The notes below the pieces were generated by a model, which did not search any database, was not told the DNA's origin, and was given only the letters and a program-made list of their open reading frames with translations. Made by a program: the position numbers and the translations under genes. This document shows, one piece after another, positions 1 to 12,100 of a DNA stretch of 35,609 nucleotides. Origin of the DNA: Ionaspis alba (Eukaryota); assembly GCA_964255285.1 (NCBI GenBank), contig CAXUUL010000080.1:1-35609 (forward strand), given 5' to 3'. How positions within the stretch are numbered: position 1 is the first letter of the stretch; each line of letters begins with the position of its first letter.

Positions 1-265
1 GTGCCCTCACCATGGTCATTGGGATAGCAGGCGCACTGGGAAACACGAATTTGACCTGGCTGAACTTCTCGGGCCAGAGCCACTCTGTGACCAACTTCAT
101 CCTTTCCCCATTGTCAGATGCGATACTAGCATAGGGATTGTCTACGTACCAACTGAGGCCATTGTCCCCCAGGCCATGAGCCAGAATGACTGTGGCGGTA
201 TGCGTCGCTGTTGCTGGAAGACATGATATGTCAGAAGCATAAGATTGGTCCGAGGAATTAGACAT
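1..265 (-). CDS. Acyl-protein thioesterase 1 / phospholipase-carboxylesterase family, 5' part (continues beyond the window start)
   Basis: Exons 265-150 and 101-11 (GTACGT...AAG intron; next donor GTGAGG at 10) give MSNSSDQSYASDISCLPATATHTATVILAHGLGDNGLSWMKLVTEWLWPEKFSQVKFVFPSAPAIPMTM. HTATVIxxHGLGD and KFVFPxAP are typical APT1 motifs. Not shown in this frame by the ORF track. Confidence 0.9.
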   Translation of the reverse strand, partial: MSNSSDQSYASDISCLPATATHTATVILAHGLGDNGLSWYVDNPYASIASDNGERMKLVTEWLWPEKFSQVKFVFPSAPAIPMTMVRA

Positions 266-687
266 TGCAGATTGAGTGTGAAATGATGGCCGAGCATGTC
301 ACATAAGAAGATTTTATGCGAGGAGAGGGGGGAGGTCGGGGAATGGGGAAGGCATATGAGTGAGTAGGATGCGGCTCCATCGCTCTCGAATCTGCTGCTG
401 TAAGCGAGCCCTAGTTTCACACAGTGCCACAATAAGGTGGCAATGGACTTAGTAATGTCTTAGTCATGGTATGGATGTTTAGGGGCGAACAGGAATAGCA
501 TAGATTACGTAGTACAAGCAACTTCAACGTCACAAAGGACAAGTGGAGAGCATTATTGTATATGTCGCCACAAATTTATGATACCCATCACTCCGGGTAC
601 GAAACCGAGTCAGCTAGTATGCCAGATCTTCCCATATTCAAGAAGAATAGCAGATCCTGTTATAGCTCTTAGGAATTCCGATGTCCT

Positions 688-714
688 CCATCTTTCTTAT
701 CTTTCCTATCTTTC
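688..714 (-). repeat. Three-copy 9-bp tandem repeat spanning a stop codon
   Basis: Minus strand reads GAAAGATAG GAAAGATAA GAAAGATGG, in frame with the end of the membrane-protein gene. Confidence 0.75.
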
Positions 715-2257
715 TAGATCACTCCCCGTCATAGACCTTGCTTCCGGTTCTCTGAGTTTTTGGTTTGATGAGCCGGGAGCAGCATCGAGTGGAATCCAGG
801 ATTGAGGTACATCGTTACGATCTACCTGCTCATCGTCATCAGTGTCATCATCTTCCGCTTCTTCCTTATCAAGTCCTAATTAATTGAAGCATTAGCACAG
901 ACCTCGGCTCTTATGATTAGGGACAATACACACCGGCAGCAGATTCCAGCAACGCCACAAACGGAAGAGCGAGAAGAATAAGCGGAACAATCTGTCCGAA
1001 TCCCAAGAAATCCTCATTCTCGTCAGGCTGGAAGATATCCCTTGCTTTGCCTCGAAGAAACCTGATATTGTAAATAGCATAACCGTAGGTAACCACCGCA
1101 GGCACCTGCGAAATAAACAAGAAGATGGGCTTGATCCAATGTTCCGCGATGATAAAAAGATCCGCCAGCACTTTCAAAATACAGACCACGATCGAGAACA
1201 GCGCAGCCCCAAGCGTCATCCAGAATGCGCGAGCGTAGCTACCAAGCCCGGTATCTCGCGACGAAGGAGCATCGAAACCCGTAAAGCAAACAGCTCTGGC
1301 TCCCATAAGCGGTTCCGGGAACTCGGGGAACCCACTCCGAGAATGCTGCGCATACCACAGGGGCTCGAGACCCAGAATCACCAACGTGAAAAGCAGGGCT
1401 AATCTGATCAAACATCCGGTGATCCTTCGCTTCTTCCAGCGCCCCGCTCGATCCTTCCAGGCGAAGAAGGCGACGAGACTGGCAACGCTGGTGGAAGAGG
1501 TCGAGACTATGATGGCGAAGATCCAGCAAACAACTTGGTAGTGGTAGGCGCTCATGAGGCAGGGTTGGTGTCGCAGGGCTCCGTACATAGCTAGGCCGGT
1601 GAAGATTTGGGCGTCGCTGAGGCCGAGCTCGAGGGAGTAGATTAGGGCTGGGATGCCCAGGGCTCGGAAGTCGGTGAAGCGGTTGGGGGTTTTCGCTGGG
1701 GTGGTGTTAGTAAGGGTCGGCTAGTTGAGTATGGTGCTTTGGCATACCTTTTTTTCGCTTGGATGTGAAGAGCTTTTTCCAGATTCCGCGGATCACGACG
1801 GCGTAGCCGAGCGTGAGGAGGAAGCCGGAGATGAAGGAGAAGGAGAGGAAGACCTTGGGGAAGTTTGTCAGCCGTAGGGAGTAACAGTCGAGAAGTGAGG
1901 GAATCATACTCCCAAGCCGGCAATGTCCCCATCGGTCGTCAGTTTGAAGAGTGGTTCAGGTTCACCTGGATTGTAGAACCAACCTCCCTGAGGTCCGGCC
2001 GTCACGTCAAACCAGTTCTTGGTTTCTGGAGTCGTGGCGGGTGTCAAAGTGGTATTGACTGGCATGGTTGTCTGATTCCACCAGTTCGAAGTGTCGTATT
2101 TTATGGGGTCAAAGAAGGATATGATACCTCCATCCGAGCCCGTGGGCACCAACGTCGGCCTCTCTGCTTCAGGTGCAACAGTATGATTGTTTATCCATGG
2201 ACATGTTATTTGATGCTGACCCTGACATACCGAAATGGAACTCAGAGTGGCACCCAT
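706..2257 (-). CDS. Uncharacterised fungal multi-pass membrane protein
   Basis: Four exons (2257-1910, 1853-1748, 1695-934, 875-706) join in frame through GT-AG introns. Motifs DGDIAGLGV, LSDAQIFTGLA, CLMSAYHYQVV and LGFGQIVPLILLALP; several hydrophobic helices and an acidic C-terminal tail. Confidence 0.8.
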
Positions 2258-3433
2258 TTTTATTTCGCTGAAGCGCTCGCAAGATAAAATGGAAGAGAGT
2301 TGGGTGTTTTGTCTATACGGGATCTAAATCAAAGCACATTCAAAAGCATCGCGGATATGAGCACGTGAAAGGCAGAACGTTCTCGAGAGTAGGTGGGCAT
2401 CTCTAAGGTCTATATATTCTGTATTTTGGGCCCCAGGACATCGGACGGTATTAAGACCGATATGATCGGCGACTCTGGACGCCACACAAAAGAGGGAACG
2501 CAACTATAGGCGGACATCCTAGTTCAGATGTAGCGTTGCATCAACAGCTAGAGGTTATCTGGCGCTAAGTCCCAGAACGAGATGCCTTGATATGCGTCAA
2601 TCATACCATTATGACTCCCGTCTTTGGTGTGTATATTACACAGGCGTGGGCAGTGCTGGTAGAGATGTGGATCCACGAGCTTGGAGATGTAGACACACCA
2701 AGAAATTCGTTGTGCCGCAGTTGTCAGCTCTCATCAGAACCTCTTCCATCATCACCTCAACCTGGCGAACTGCCAGAGGTTGTCGTCGTCAAAAGGCAAC
2801 GAATAAGAAGCCTCCTCAGGCGAGTTCCAGGTGCTGAAACACCGAACTGGTGTAATTTTGGAGTTGTGGCTGAGACTAAGAGCGGACTGCTGTGTGATTT
2901 GCTCGTCTAGTCCTCAGCCCAAAGCTAAAATGTCGGCATTTGCAAAGTTCCGTGTGATGAAAATGCCCCAAGCTTGCATACCAGTTGGGTCAGGCTGAGC
3001 CGCAGAAACTGTTACCAAGTTCGAGATCTTGTCCATTCAAGGATCTTTCATCAATCCTAGGCAACGGGTCGGAAGTCGCTGTTAGCTAGACCGGTGCGGT
3101 AACCTGTTCGTGGCACCCCATAAATCGAAGTTGAGCATCGTCAAAAAGGCTTATATGATCTTTAGAGTCAGGATATTAGTCTGAATATTGATGTGCACAT
3201 ATACTCTATTGTGCCTTGAATCACGTGCCTGCGGATTCGGGAAGTTACTTTGCACTGCAGAGTGGGGCTTAGCACCCACATCTCTCTTTCCGCCGCATGG
3301 TCATCGCGTGGCATTATTGTAGTTCCGGGTTTAGGTTTAAATCTCACATTGTACATACGGCACTGCATCCCGACCCCGACAGTCGATCCTCCGTGACCAC
3401 AGAGCCTCTCGCTACGAACTGAACGTGACCACA

Positions 3434-3805
3434 ATGGCTTCAAACTCTACTCCTGCTGCACCACAACCCCCAGCACTCTCCACAACACCTGATCAGACGC
3501 TCTCACCGCTCGAGCAGGAGGTCCTGGAGGAATATGCCAAGTTGCTGGATAACTTGAACAAAGTGCGTCGACCCCCTAGCATGATCACTCCTGGCCTCTG
3601 GGTTTGAAGTATCGTGAAACTTCCTACTGATCATTCTCTGTAGCTCTCACCACTCCTCTCCTCCCTATCAGCAAACCCTACAGCCCAAGTCCTGGATGGC
3701 TTGCGATTGCTGGAGCGCAAGACGAGTCTCGTGAGCACATTGTTGAAGGCCAGTGTCTACAGCATTGTGCTGCAGCAGCAGATGCTTGAGGGAGAAGGTG
3801 AATAA
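3434..3805 (+). CDS. DAD3: DASH/Dam1 kinetochore complex subunit Dad3
   Basis: Exons 3434-3562 and 3644-3805: LSPLEQEVLEEYAKLLDNLNK / ...VLDGLRLLERKTSLVSTLLKASVYSIVLQQQ, the Dad3 signature. Confidence 0.93.
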
Positions 3806-4253
3806 AACATGTATTCGACACGAGTTAGATACTCGAAGGGTGCAGGATGAGGACGGAGATTGATTGTGGGAGACAATCTGTGAGACAAAGACTTGGATGC
3901 CGAAGGAGGCGCACTATCTCGAACGTGCTGCAGAGAAGGCGTCAGTGAATTCGAAAGAAGTTTAATGCGCCATTGAATCGGAAGAGGCGCCATCAGACAG
4001 CAGGTACTGGACGGTACGTGGAGGTTACAGAAATACCCCGATGGTTTTTATGATGGACGACACGAAGAACGTGGGAGCTAGCGTTCTCGAAGCAGGGGCG
4101 ATTTACGTAGGGAGCAGTTTCTGCAAAAGTGCAAATCCTTGTCAAACCTTCGCTGGAAGAAATTGTGATCAATTTGACATTTTGCTTTACGCTATGTCCC
4201 GACGAGAAAGCTGCAGATCTAACCATTGTTTTGAGTCCTCATCACTACACTCC

Positions 4254-5853
4254 CTACGTACTCCCCGGTCCTCCGATCAAATTGAACCTCCTAACAATAG
4301 ACGGTCCAATCTCATCATACTCGGCTTTAGTATGGCAATAGCTCCTGAATTCGGGCGTCTGCCCCAACAAACTCCCCCCAAACCACGGGCCATATTTCTG
4401 CCTCTTGTGCGTCACAACCTGCACTTCCAGCCCTCCACTCCTCGCACCTCCACTCCGTGCTTCCGACGCTCTGATGCGCGCATCCACCAAGTGCCGTATA
4501 TCACGCTGCAACCGCCTGCCGAAATCCTTGTAGAGTGTCGATCCGCCCGAGAGGACAATGTTCTTGTACAGACCTCGTCGGACGTCGATAGGAGAGGATT
4601 GGATGACACCGTCGACAACTGTGGGGAGGGGTGTCAGGAAGTCGGAGGAGTAGATCTCGGGGTTGAAGAAGATTTCGGGGGCGAGGAAACGCTCGTAGCC
4701 GACGTCAACGGTTACGCTTCGGCCGTTGGGAGAGGTAACGGTGTGTTTCATAAAACGATCGGGTTCTCGATCGAAGCGGGCGAACTCCTTGACGAGATCG
4801 GGACACACGTAGCAGTATTCTTCTTTGATGTCGCCTGCAGTCTTGAGACTGCTGTCGGGCTCTCCTCGATCGCGCAGTAGGGATTGTACGAAGTAGGTAA
4901 TGTCGCGACCGGCGATGGGTATGCTTTTGATGGAGCTGCCGATTACGTAGCCCTCTGCTACGGGGATGACGTGGGTGACGCCGTCGCCGGAGTCGATGAC
5001 TGTGCCTGTGAGGGAGCGGTCGGAGACTTTGGAGGATGTCCAGGAGGCGGCGAGGGCGAGGACGGCTTGGACGGCGATGTAGAGGCCGGCACAGTTGAAC
5101 GATTCGAACATTATCTCTGCGGTGTTTTCTCGGTTTTCGGGAGGGTTTAGAGGCTGTGAGCCCGATCAGTAGTGTTCCAACCTTGACAGGTATTCGAAGA
5201 CGTACAGGTTCTGTGAGGAGGAAATAGTGGTCTTCCGGTTCTACCCGAAGGTATTTGAATATTGAGTTCGACCAGAACCGCTCCATGTGATCCTGATTGC
5301 ATTAGTATTCTATTTGCTCCCTCCGAATGTATGGCACGAACCCAATTCTCCACCTGTCCGTGTCGTACTGGGTAATGAATACCATATCCTGGTCAGAGCA
5401 TCAGCATCTCTGGCCACCCAGGTTCCACAAGCATATATGCTCCATCATACCGGGTCCACTGGCAGCCGTCAAGGCCTCTTCGCCAATGAAGAAATCCAAA
5501 TCTTCCGTCCCTCTCTTGGCTGACAAAGATCCTCCAGAGCCTCCTCCTGTCAGGTATGACGGTTTATTCGCAACGGCTGGGCGACCTGATCCCGTACCAC
5601 CAGCACCACCAGGTCCACCTTTGGTTGCAATCGCAGTAGGGAAAACGAAGGATGGGCGGTCATTTCCAGCAAAGCCTAGAAGAAGTTTAGAGGTTTCAAG
5701 AAAGAGAAAGCCTCCAAGGGATGAGTATACCAAGCTTAGAGTAACCCGTGCCGCTGATATTTAATCAGCTATCTGCATCGGCGCATTGGATTTATGGTGA
5801 GTGGGGGGTAGAGCTTACTTGTCCATGACAACAGCAGGAGTTTGTGATGCCAT
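4254..5853 (-). CDS. ARP3: Actin-related protein 3 (Arp2/3 complex)
   Basis: Six exons (5853-5819, 5753-5731, 5675-5451, 5388-5342, 5292-5206, 5153-4254). [24 protein letters not shown]..., [43 protein letters not shown]. Confidence 0.97.
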
Positions 5854-6829
5854 ATTTGATCTGGCTTATGGTTAAGGAAAAGAAGACCAGACGAGCACTT
5901 GTAGAAAAACCTGGTCTTAATCCATGGCTGCCTGTCGGTGAGCAGTGCGCGTCCACTTGAAATGCTGGTACCAATGTGGGATTGCATCAGTGAGGATTAA
6001 ACGCGCGTCAGCCCTGTCGCAGACTGATAGACGCACCTGCAATTCCGGGAACTCGCGAGCACCACTTCTGTATGGATCTGGCCATAATGGGGGAGGGCAG
6101 AGCATACTCGTGCTTTCTGAGTATGGTTAGTCCATCGCAAAGCAGAAAGACTAACGGCACATGTCTTTATATGGTTCTGGCATGATGTAAACAAGCAAGA
6201 GCGCAATCGTCCTAGCGACTATCTTGTTGATTCCCCTCGATGTTTTCTCATCATTCTCACTATACCTACTTCTACAGCACATTCGCTTTACGGTCACAGT
6301 GCTTCTTGTCTGTATTCTTACAGACTGATTTGTGACCTTCACTAGAGTACTGGCTACTCTGCTCACATCACACCTATTACACTTACTCTCTCTCATCCTA
6401 CAAACCAAGCACTCCCCAGCTCCCTCTATTCTCTTAAGACGTGTGTTACGTCCTTGAAGCTCATGCATTCCAAAGCCCCATCTTGAAGGCTGCTCGAGGC
6501 AGAGAATCGCAAATCCGCCCTACGGCACAAAAGACTGATTTGCGGGTCTGTTGTCCGGCAATTTGGCTCACTCGACTCTCATCCAATCTCACGGTGTGAC
6601 AGAGTATTTCTGCTCATTCCTCGCGTCACCCATTTTCCTAGCTTGACGACGGATCAGACGCATCGGGTGAGCCTCACATAAGTGTGTCTCGACTGAGACG
6701 ACTCGGACCTCCAACTCTACAGCGTGCGCCACCGTGTCATAGCTCGAAGGCATACCCTACAAGAGAGCCTCGAAGTTGAGGCAATTGCTATTCGCAGCCG
6801 ACAGCCTGCGAGATCATTTCCCGAAAGAG

Positions 6830-8925
6830 ATGCCGTTTCACCATCAGAAGCGGCGACTCCCCGGCGATGTCTCAGCCATTTTTGTGCATGCCGGAGCAGG
6901 TTATCACAGTGTTCAGAACGAGAAGATTCACTTGCAAGCATGTGCCGAGTATGTTCACTTTGTTTCAGAGTCTACTTACCAGAATTGTGATTGCGCGCGT
7001 CGGCATGTTGCTAATCAAACATATTTAGTGCAACGAAGGCCGCTATGGCTTTTCTGAAGAACGGTGGTAGCGCTGTTGACGCCGTCGAGGTGGCTATTAA
7101 GGTCTTGGAAGACAAGGAAATCACTAATGCAGGATATGGGAGTAATCTAGCCATGGATGGCACAGTCGAGTGTGACGCTACCATTGTTGATCATCTTGGT
7201 CGTAGCGGTGCGTGTGGAGCAGTCGGGCGTAAGTCCCTCGTCATCTCTAATCCACATAGAAGTGGTGGCGATTGACCGATACCAGAAATTCTCAATCCAA
7301 TCCATTTAGCACGACTTGTTCTAGAAAACACCACCAAGCCCATGTCCCTTCGTCGAGTGCCACCGAATCTTCTCGTTGGGCAAGGAGCCGCGGACTTTGC
7401 CTTCGAATCAGGAATGGCCGTTTTACCCCACGATTGCCTCATCTCACAGGGTGCAAAGGAGAGATGGAGGAGGTGGAAATACGATTTGAAAAAGGTCAAA
7501 AGGCAAGCTTCAAGCGGAATGACTAGTGACTTTGAGAATGACAAGTCGGAGGAAGAAAAGCTGGAGCGTCCCCACGTCTCGAGATCTCGGAGTTCTCAGA
7601 ATCGTCTCATGGCTGGACTGCAGAACGAAAGTCAACCATACTCCCCTCAACCCGGACCTTCCAAAGGAGAAGCCAACAGAACACCTGAGTCACATATTCC
7701 AAGCGAGAGCCTTGCAACACCGCAATCGTCACCTCTCTGGCATCAGCTTTACACTGATTCCGCTCCCTCGCCTCAAAGCTGGAAGCATGCTGGAAACCAC
7801 AGTCACGGAGAAGATGGACACAACTCCCAGTATCTGCAAGACTCGATGGATGATGAGACGGATGGCGAGAGTTTCATCGATACTGATCCACAATGGACCC
7901 CATTCAGACCGATACCTGTACCTGCTTCAGAGGGGAAGCACAGAGACGAAACTGGAACCACAACGTCCCCCACCCTCAGTTCGCCATCATTTCCAGCGTC
8001 AATGTCTCCCGACCCAATGGACCGTCCCCATTTCCGCGAGCTCAGTGACCGTGTAGACGACATCACTGACACTGTGGGAGCAATAGCAGTCGATTGCTTC
8101 GGGAACATTGCTGCTGGTTCTTCTTCAGGAGGCATTGGAATGAAGCACAAAGGGCGGACTGGACCGGCCGCTTTAGTTGGAATAGGGACCACTGTCATAC
8201 CTATCGAGTCGGATGACAAGACCAAGACGTGTGTGGCAGCTGTGACGAGTGGTACAGGCGAGCATATGGCTACGACAATGGCTGCCAGTACCTGCGCCAG
8301 GCGCTTGGCAACGAGCACCAAGCGAGGTAAAGGCGGCAAGAGTGTGGTGACTGACGAGGAAGATGCAATGCGACAATTTGTGGAAACAGATTTCATGAGT
8401 ATGTGGAGCCGTGTGATCGTCTATAAAGGGTTCTCGATTGACCTTCACTTAGAACATCCTTCAGTAAAGAGCAGTCACTCCGCCGGCGCCATTGGTGTTA
8501 TGGCAGTTAAGAAGACGGTTGACGGAATGTACCTCCACTTCGCCCACAACACAGACTCCTTTGTAAGAACACTCTCTCTTCGCCAGCCAGTTTATGATAG
8601 CATGAGATTGACTAATGACTGCTACTAGGCACTTGCGTCAATGGATACTGAATCACCTGAACCCGTCTGCGTCATGTCCCGCAGCAAAGGTAGCAACAAA
8701 ATCACAACCGGCGCTCGCAGCTTTAGATACATCGAAGAAACCCGGCCGTCTAAAACACGTCGGATTGTAGATCGCGAGCCGAAAATCAAGAAACAGAAGC
8801 CTTCTAAAGAACCGCGTGTACCTTCACAGCAAGAGATAGATGATAATTGGAGATTCACCATGGCTACAGCGGCTGTCACTACTGCTGCCGCTGGCGCTGC
8901 ATGCAGCGGCGGTGGCGGATGCTAA
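6830..8925 (+). CDS. Taspase1-like threonine aspartase (asparaginase 2 family, Ntn hydrolase)
   Basis: Exons 6830-6948, 7029-7228, 7286-8398, 8453-8562, 8629-8925. IFVHAGAGYHS, TNAGYGSNL...VECDA, autocleavage and nucleophile site ITD/TVGAIAVD, GSSSGGIGMKHKGRTGPAA, TSGTGE. Confidence 0.9.
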
Positions 8926-9546
8926 GCTTATCTAACGCGAAGCTAGGAACGACGATCTGCTTGCCGACACGGAGGGAAGGGACAATATCAAATGGAGTGA
9001 AAGGCAATTCGCGGGAGGTTTTGTTTCACATAGACCTGTGACCTTGCATAGCGGCGGCGTGCTCAAAGCTGGACTGGCTTGCATCTTGGCGTTGGGTGTC
9101 GTACGGCTCTGGAATCGAGCATTCGGCTCTTCTAATGGGCTTTATGGCGAACGGACTTTATGCTTCACGATGAGATGCCATAGATGACGACTTCAGTCTT
9201 TCAATTTTTCTTCTCCTTTGAATACCCGGAGCCTTGCCCATCGCAATCGAATTCTTCGCCACTTTCCATCGTAGAAAGTTTCGCCGCCGATTCGTTCATC
9301 AAACGGAGTCCACCATAGTTGCCCATAGATGTAGCCACAAGGCTCACGGCGAGCACTGATGTTCGCACTAACAACTGGTTGCCTTTACAACTCTCATCAT
9401 CGTACCGCCTTCTTCCCATTCTCTCTCATCGAAGCGTAGACCTCGCGACAGCATCTCCACTCGTCATAGTCACGAGCCAAGCCCAGATTGCATTAATAAA
9501 CGAAAAGGACCTCTTTTCGTTAAAGAAATGACCATTACACGATTTC

Positions 9547-10750
9547 TCAGCCCGGCGTTGCCCCTTCCGCCCTCCTCTCCTTCTTTTTCTTCCTCATAGC
9601 TCTCACAACCGGCTTCTTCCCGTAATCTCCTAACTTTAGCGCCGTCCCGCATGTATAGCAGATCTTCTCCTCTGGCACCTCGCAGAAAATGCTCAAGCAA
9701 ACACTACACACAAAGCCGATATCCACGACGCGTCTATGGCAGAAACATGCGGCACGAAAATCGACCTCTCGCTCTGTAGGTGGAACAAGGTGTTTCCTGG
9801 CTGTTGTGTCGGGAAGGTAGGCGAAGAGTAGGTATTGCAGCAGCCCCTGGGGATGCGTTAAAGAGATGTAGGTCCCTCCTGTGGCGTCTGCTGCTTGCTG
9901 TAATAGAGAGGGTGAGCCGCGAAGGTGTGCGATATCAACCGGGATGCGCAGACGTTGGGCAGCGAAGATTGTGTTCATGAGGGGGATGTAGTGGGATGCA
10001 GAGGCAGGTGAGGCGGTGAGGAGGAAAATGCGTGGGACGAGCGGGATTGGTGCTGCTTGACCGGTTGTGCTGAGTGGTGGGGTCAGAAGGGTGAGCTGTT
10101 TGGAGGTGTAGGTCAGAGCTAGAGTCAACGCGCCGGCAAGAGAGGTATACGATGTCTCGGTAAGGGTGCGAGCGGTGGTGGTAGCTAGAAGACGGGACAG
10201 GGTTTGTCGGAGAGCCACGGCAACCTGGTGGAAAGGACGGTAGACGTTGGCATCGTCAGTGGGATGAGAAGTGTTGGAGTGAATGAGTGAAGGTGGGTGG
10301 CCGTTTGTTTGAACTTTCCGAGAGTTCAGAGCGGCAACATCAGCCATCTCTGTGTCAGAGTCGCCGTTGACCGCCGTAGTGGTTGAGACGCCATTGATTG
10401 TGACGGAGTCGCTGGCTGGGATTGGATAGAGAAACTCGGCGCGTTGGAGATGGCTGGCTATGACGGCTACCTTGTTTGCATTGTTGAAGGCTAGGTGGGC
10501 GTTTATGAAGACAAGGAGATTTGCAACGGCCTTGGACAGCGGTAGAGTGGGAGAAAGCAGGGCCCAGGCATGGGGATTTGTGTCGATTATAATGGTCAGG
10601 AGGGCTGGAGGTGGTTCTGTGGAGCATCAGTATTGCCACAGCTTGAGCAATTATATCAAGCAATCTCATCCACGAGAACAATAGAGAACATCAAAATGCC
10701 TGACCATTTGAAGCTGTATTGTAATGCTCAGAGTCGTCAACATTATCCAT
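9547..10750 (-). CDS. TFB4: TFIIH core subunit Tfb4 (p34)
   Basis: Exons 10750-10705 and 10616-9547. LLTIIIDTNPHAW...LLVFINAHLAFNNANKVAVIASH, YIPLMNTIFAAQR, LQQAADATGG, C-terminal VDFRAACFCH...CSVCLSIFC...CYTC zinc finger. Confidence 0.95.
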
Positions 10751-11158
10751 AATTGATCACCTTTTCTGTTACGATTGATCGGTGCTTAGAAACCTAGAGC
10801 TGTCCATATGTTCTGTAATGAGTGGCCCAATGATCATTACTGCTGTGACATACACGGAGGAGTCGATAAGCCTAGCCCAGAACATGTTATGCTGATTTTA
10901 AGACGGCAGTAATGGAGAGGGTTCTTCGGGTACAAAATCTGATATTGCATAAATTTATTGCACAAAGTCAGCCTAAGCTCTTATACCTCTCGAGCCTTGG
11001 CGCTGCAACAGAATATCTACTTGTCAAGTGGACGAATCTATAAATTTTCCTGGGGCTGTAATCCTGTAGCTCCATGAGGAAAGGTTCTTAATCAACCTAG
11101 CTAGGCATCATACGTAGTCTCTAGGCAACTGGTATGGAGATGAAGCTCGTTTCTACCT

Positions 11159-11860
11159 TCAAGCACGCCGAATCTCCCATCTCACATCCTTAATAGTCAC
11201 TTCTTCCGAAGCCTTCTCGTCATAATCGTACCACTCCCCTTCCTGCAAGTCAATCTCTCCGAAAACTGTGGGAGTCTCGAGTCCCTTAGCTTTCCATTGC
11301 CCCTGGCGGTATAGTTAGTATTGTTTGTCTATCTTGTGGCTAGGTTTCACAGACGTCAGCCAGGAATTCAGTGAACTCTAGGCCACGACAATCGAACTCG
11401 ACGATGTTTTGTCGTGTTGGAGGAGATGCGTGCTGGTAGGCGACTGGAGGATTCTTGATGGAAGCTGTAGACTCTCTCTGATCGTACAGTAAACATGTAG
11501 CGCATAACATCTTTAGCCATGAAGGCACTCCAACCTTACATGTCTTGCATTTCCAAACGAAGTTGGCTTCACTTCTGCTGCCAGACACTTCATGAGATTC
11601 CTAGGAAGTGTCACCAAGGATTGCTCCTTCATGTGACAACGTAACGACAAAAACATACAAATCGGTTGAGATTGATCCAATTGGGATGGACGTCCCGACA
11701 TGAAGTACATTGCACTTTGAAGGTAAAGAAATAGGGATCTTCGGGTGTATCGACCGGAGTCAGGTCAGTTACCCTGGTTTACCATTAGCTCGTACTTCTG
11801 ATCAGTTGAAGCAGCATTGTCTCACCCGGTCAAGTCAGCGGTCAGTGTCAAAGCCAGCAT
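11159..11860 (-). CDS. DUF866 / UPF0587 CXXC-motif zinc-binding protein (C1orf123/CZIB-like)
   Basis: Five exons (11860-11826, 11773-11659, 11600-11535, 11477-11355, 11302-11159). MLALTLTADLTGVTDL...FKVQCTSCR...GSRSEANFVWKCKTCKRE...FDCRGLEFTEF...EWYDYDEK. Confidence 0.92.
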
Positions 11861-12100
11861 GTTCGTAGGTCACATCACTCGTGGCAATCCGCTGATCCTG
11901 TAGGCATCATCTAAAATCAAATAGAGCAGCATCCGAGGAACGATCAAATTACTAGCAAGTCTAACCGAGTTCGTCAATCGCCGGATATCACCAAAACGAT
12001 GCCATGCCCTGTTTCCCTGCAGCCATTACACCTTGTCTCTTCCAGTATCGATCTGCTGAAATCCTGACAGAACTGCGTTACCGGAGCAGAAGCTCAAGGA

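Noticed and set aside
4041..5150. Long plus-strand ORFs (279 aa, 88 aa) overlapping ARP3
   Set aside because: Antisense shadows of a codon-biased conserved gene; no recognisable motifs.
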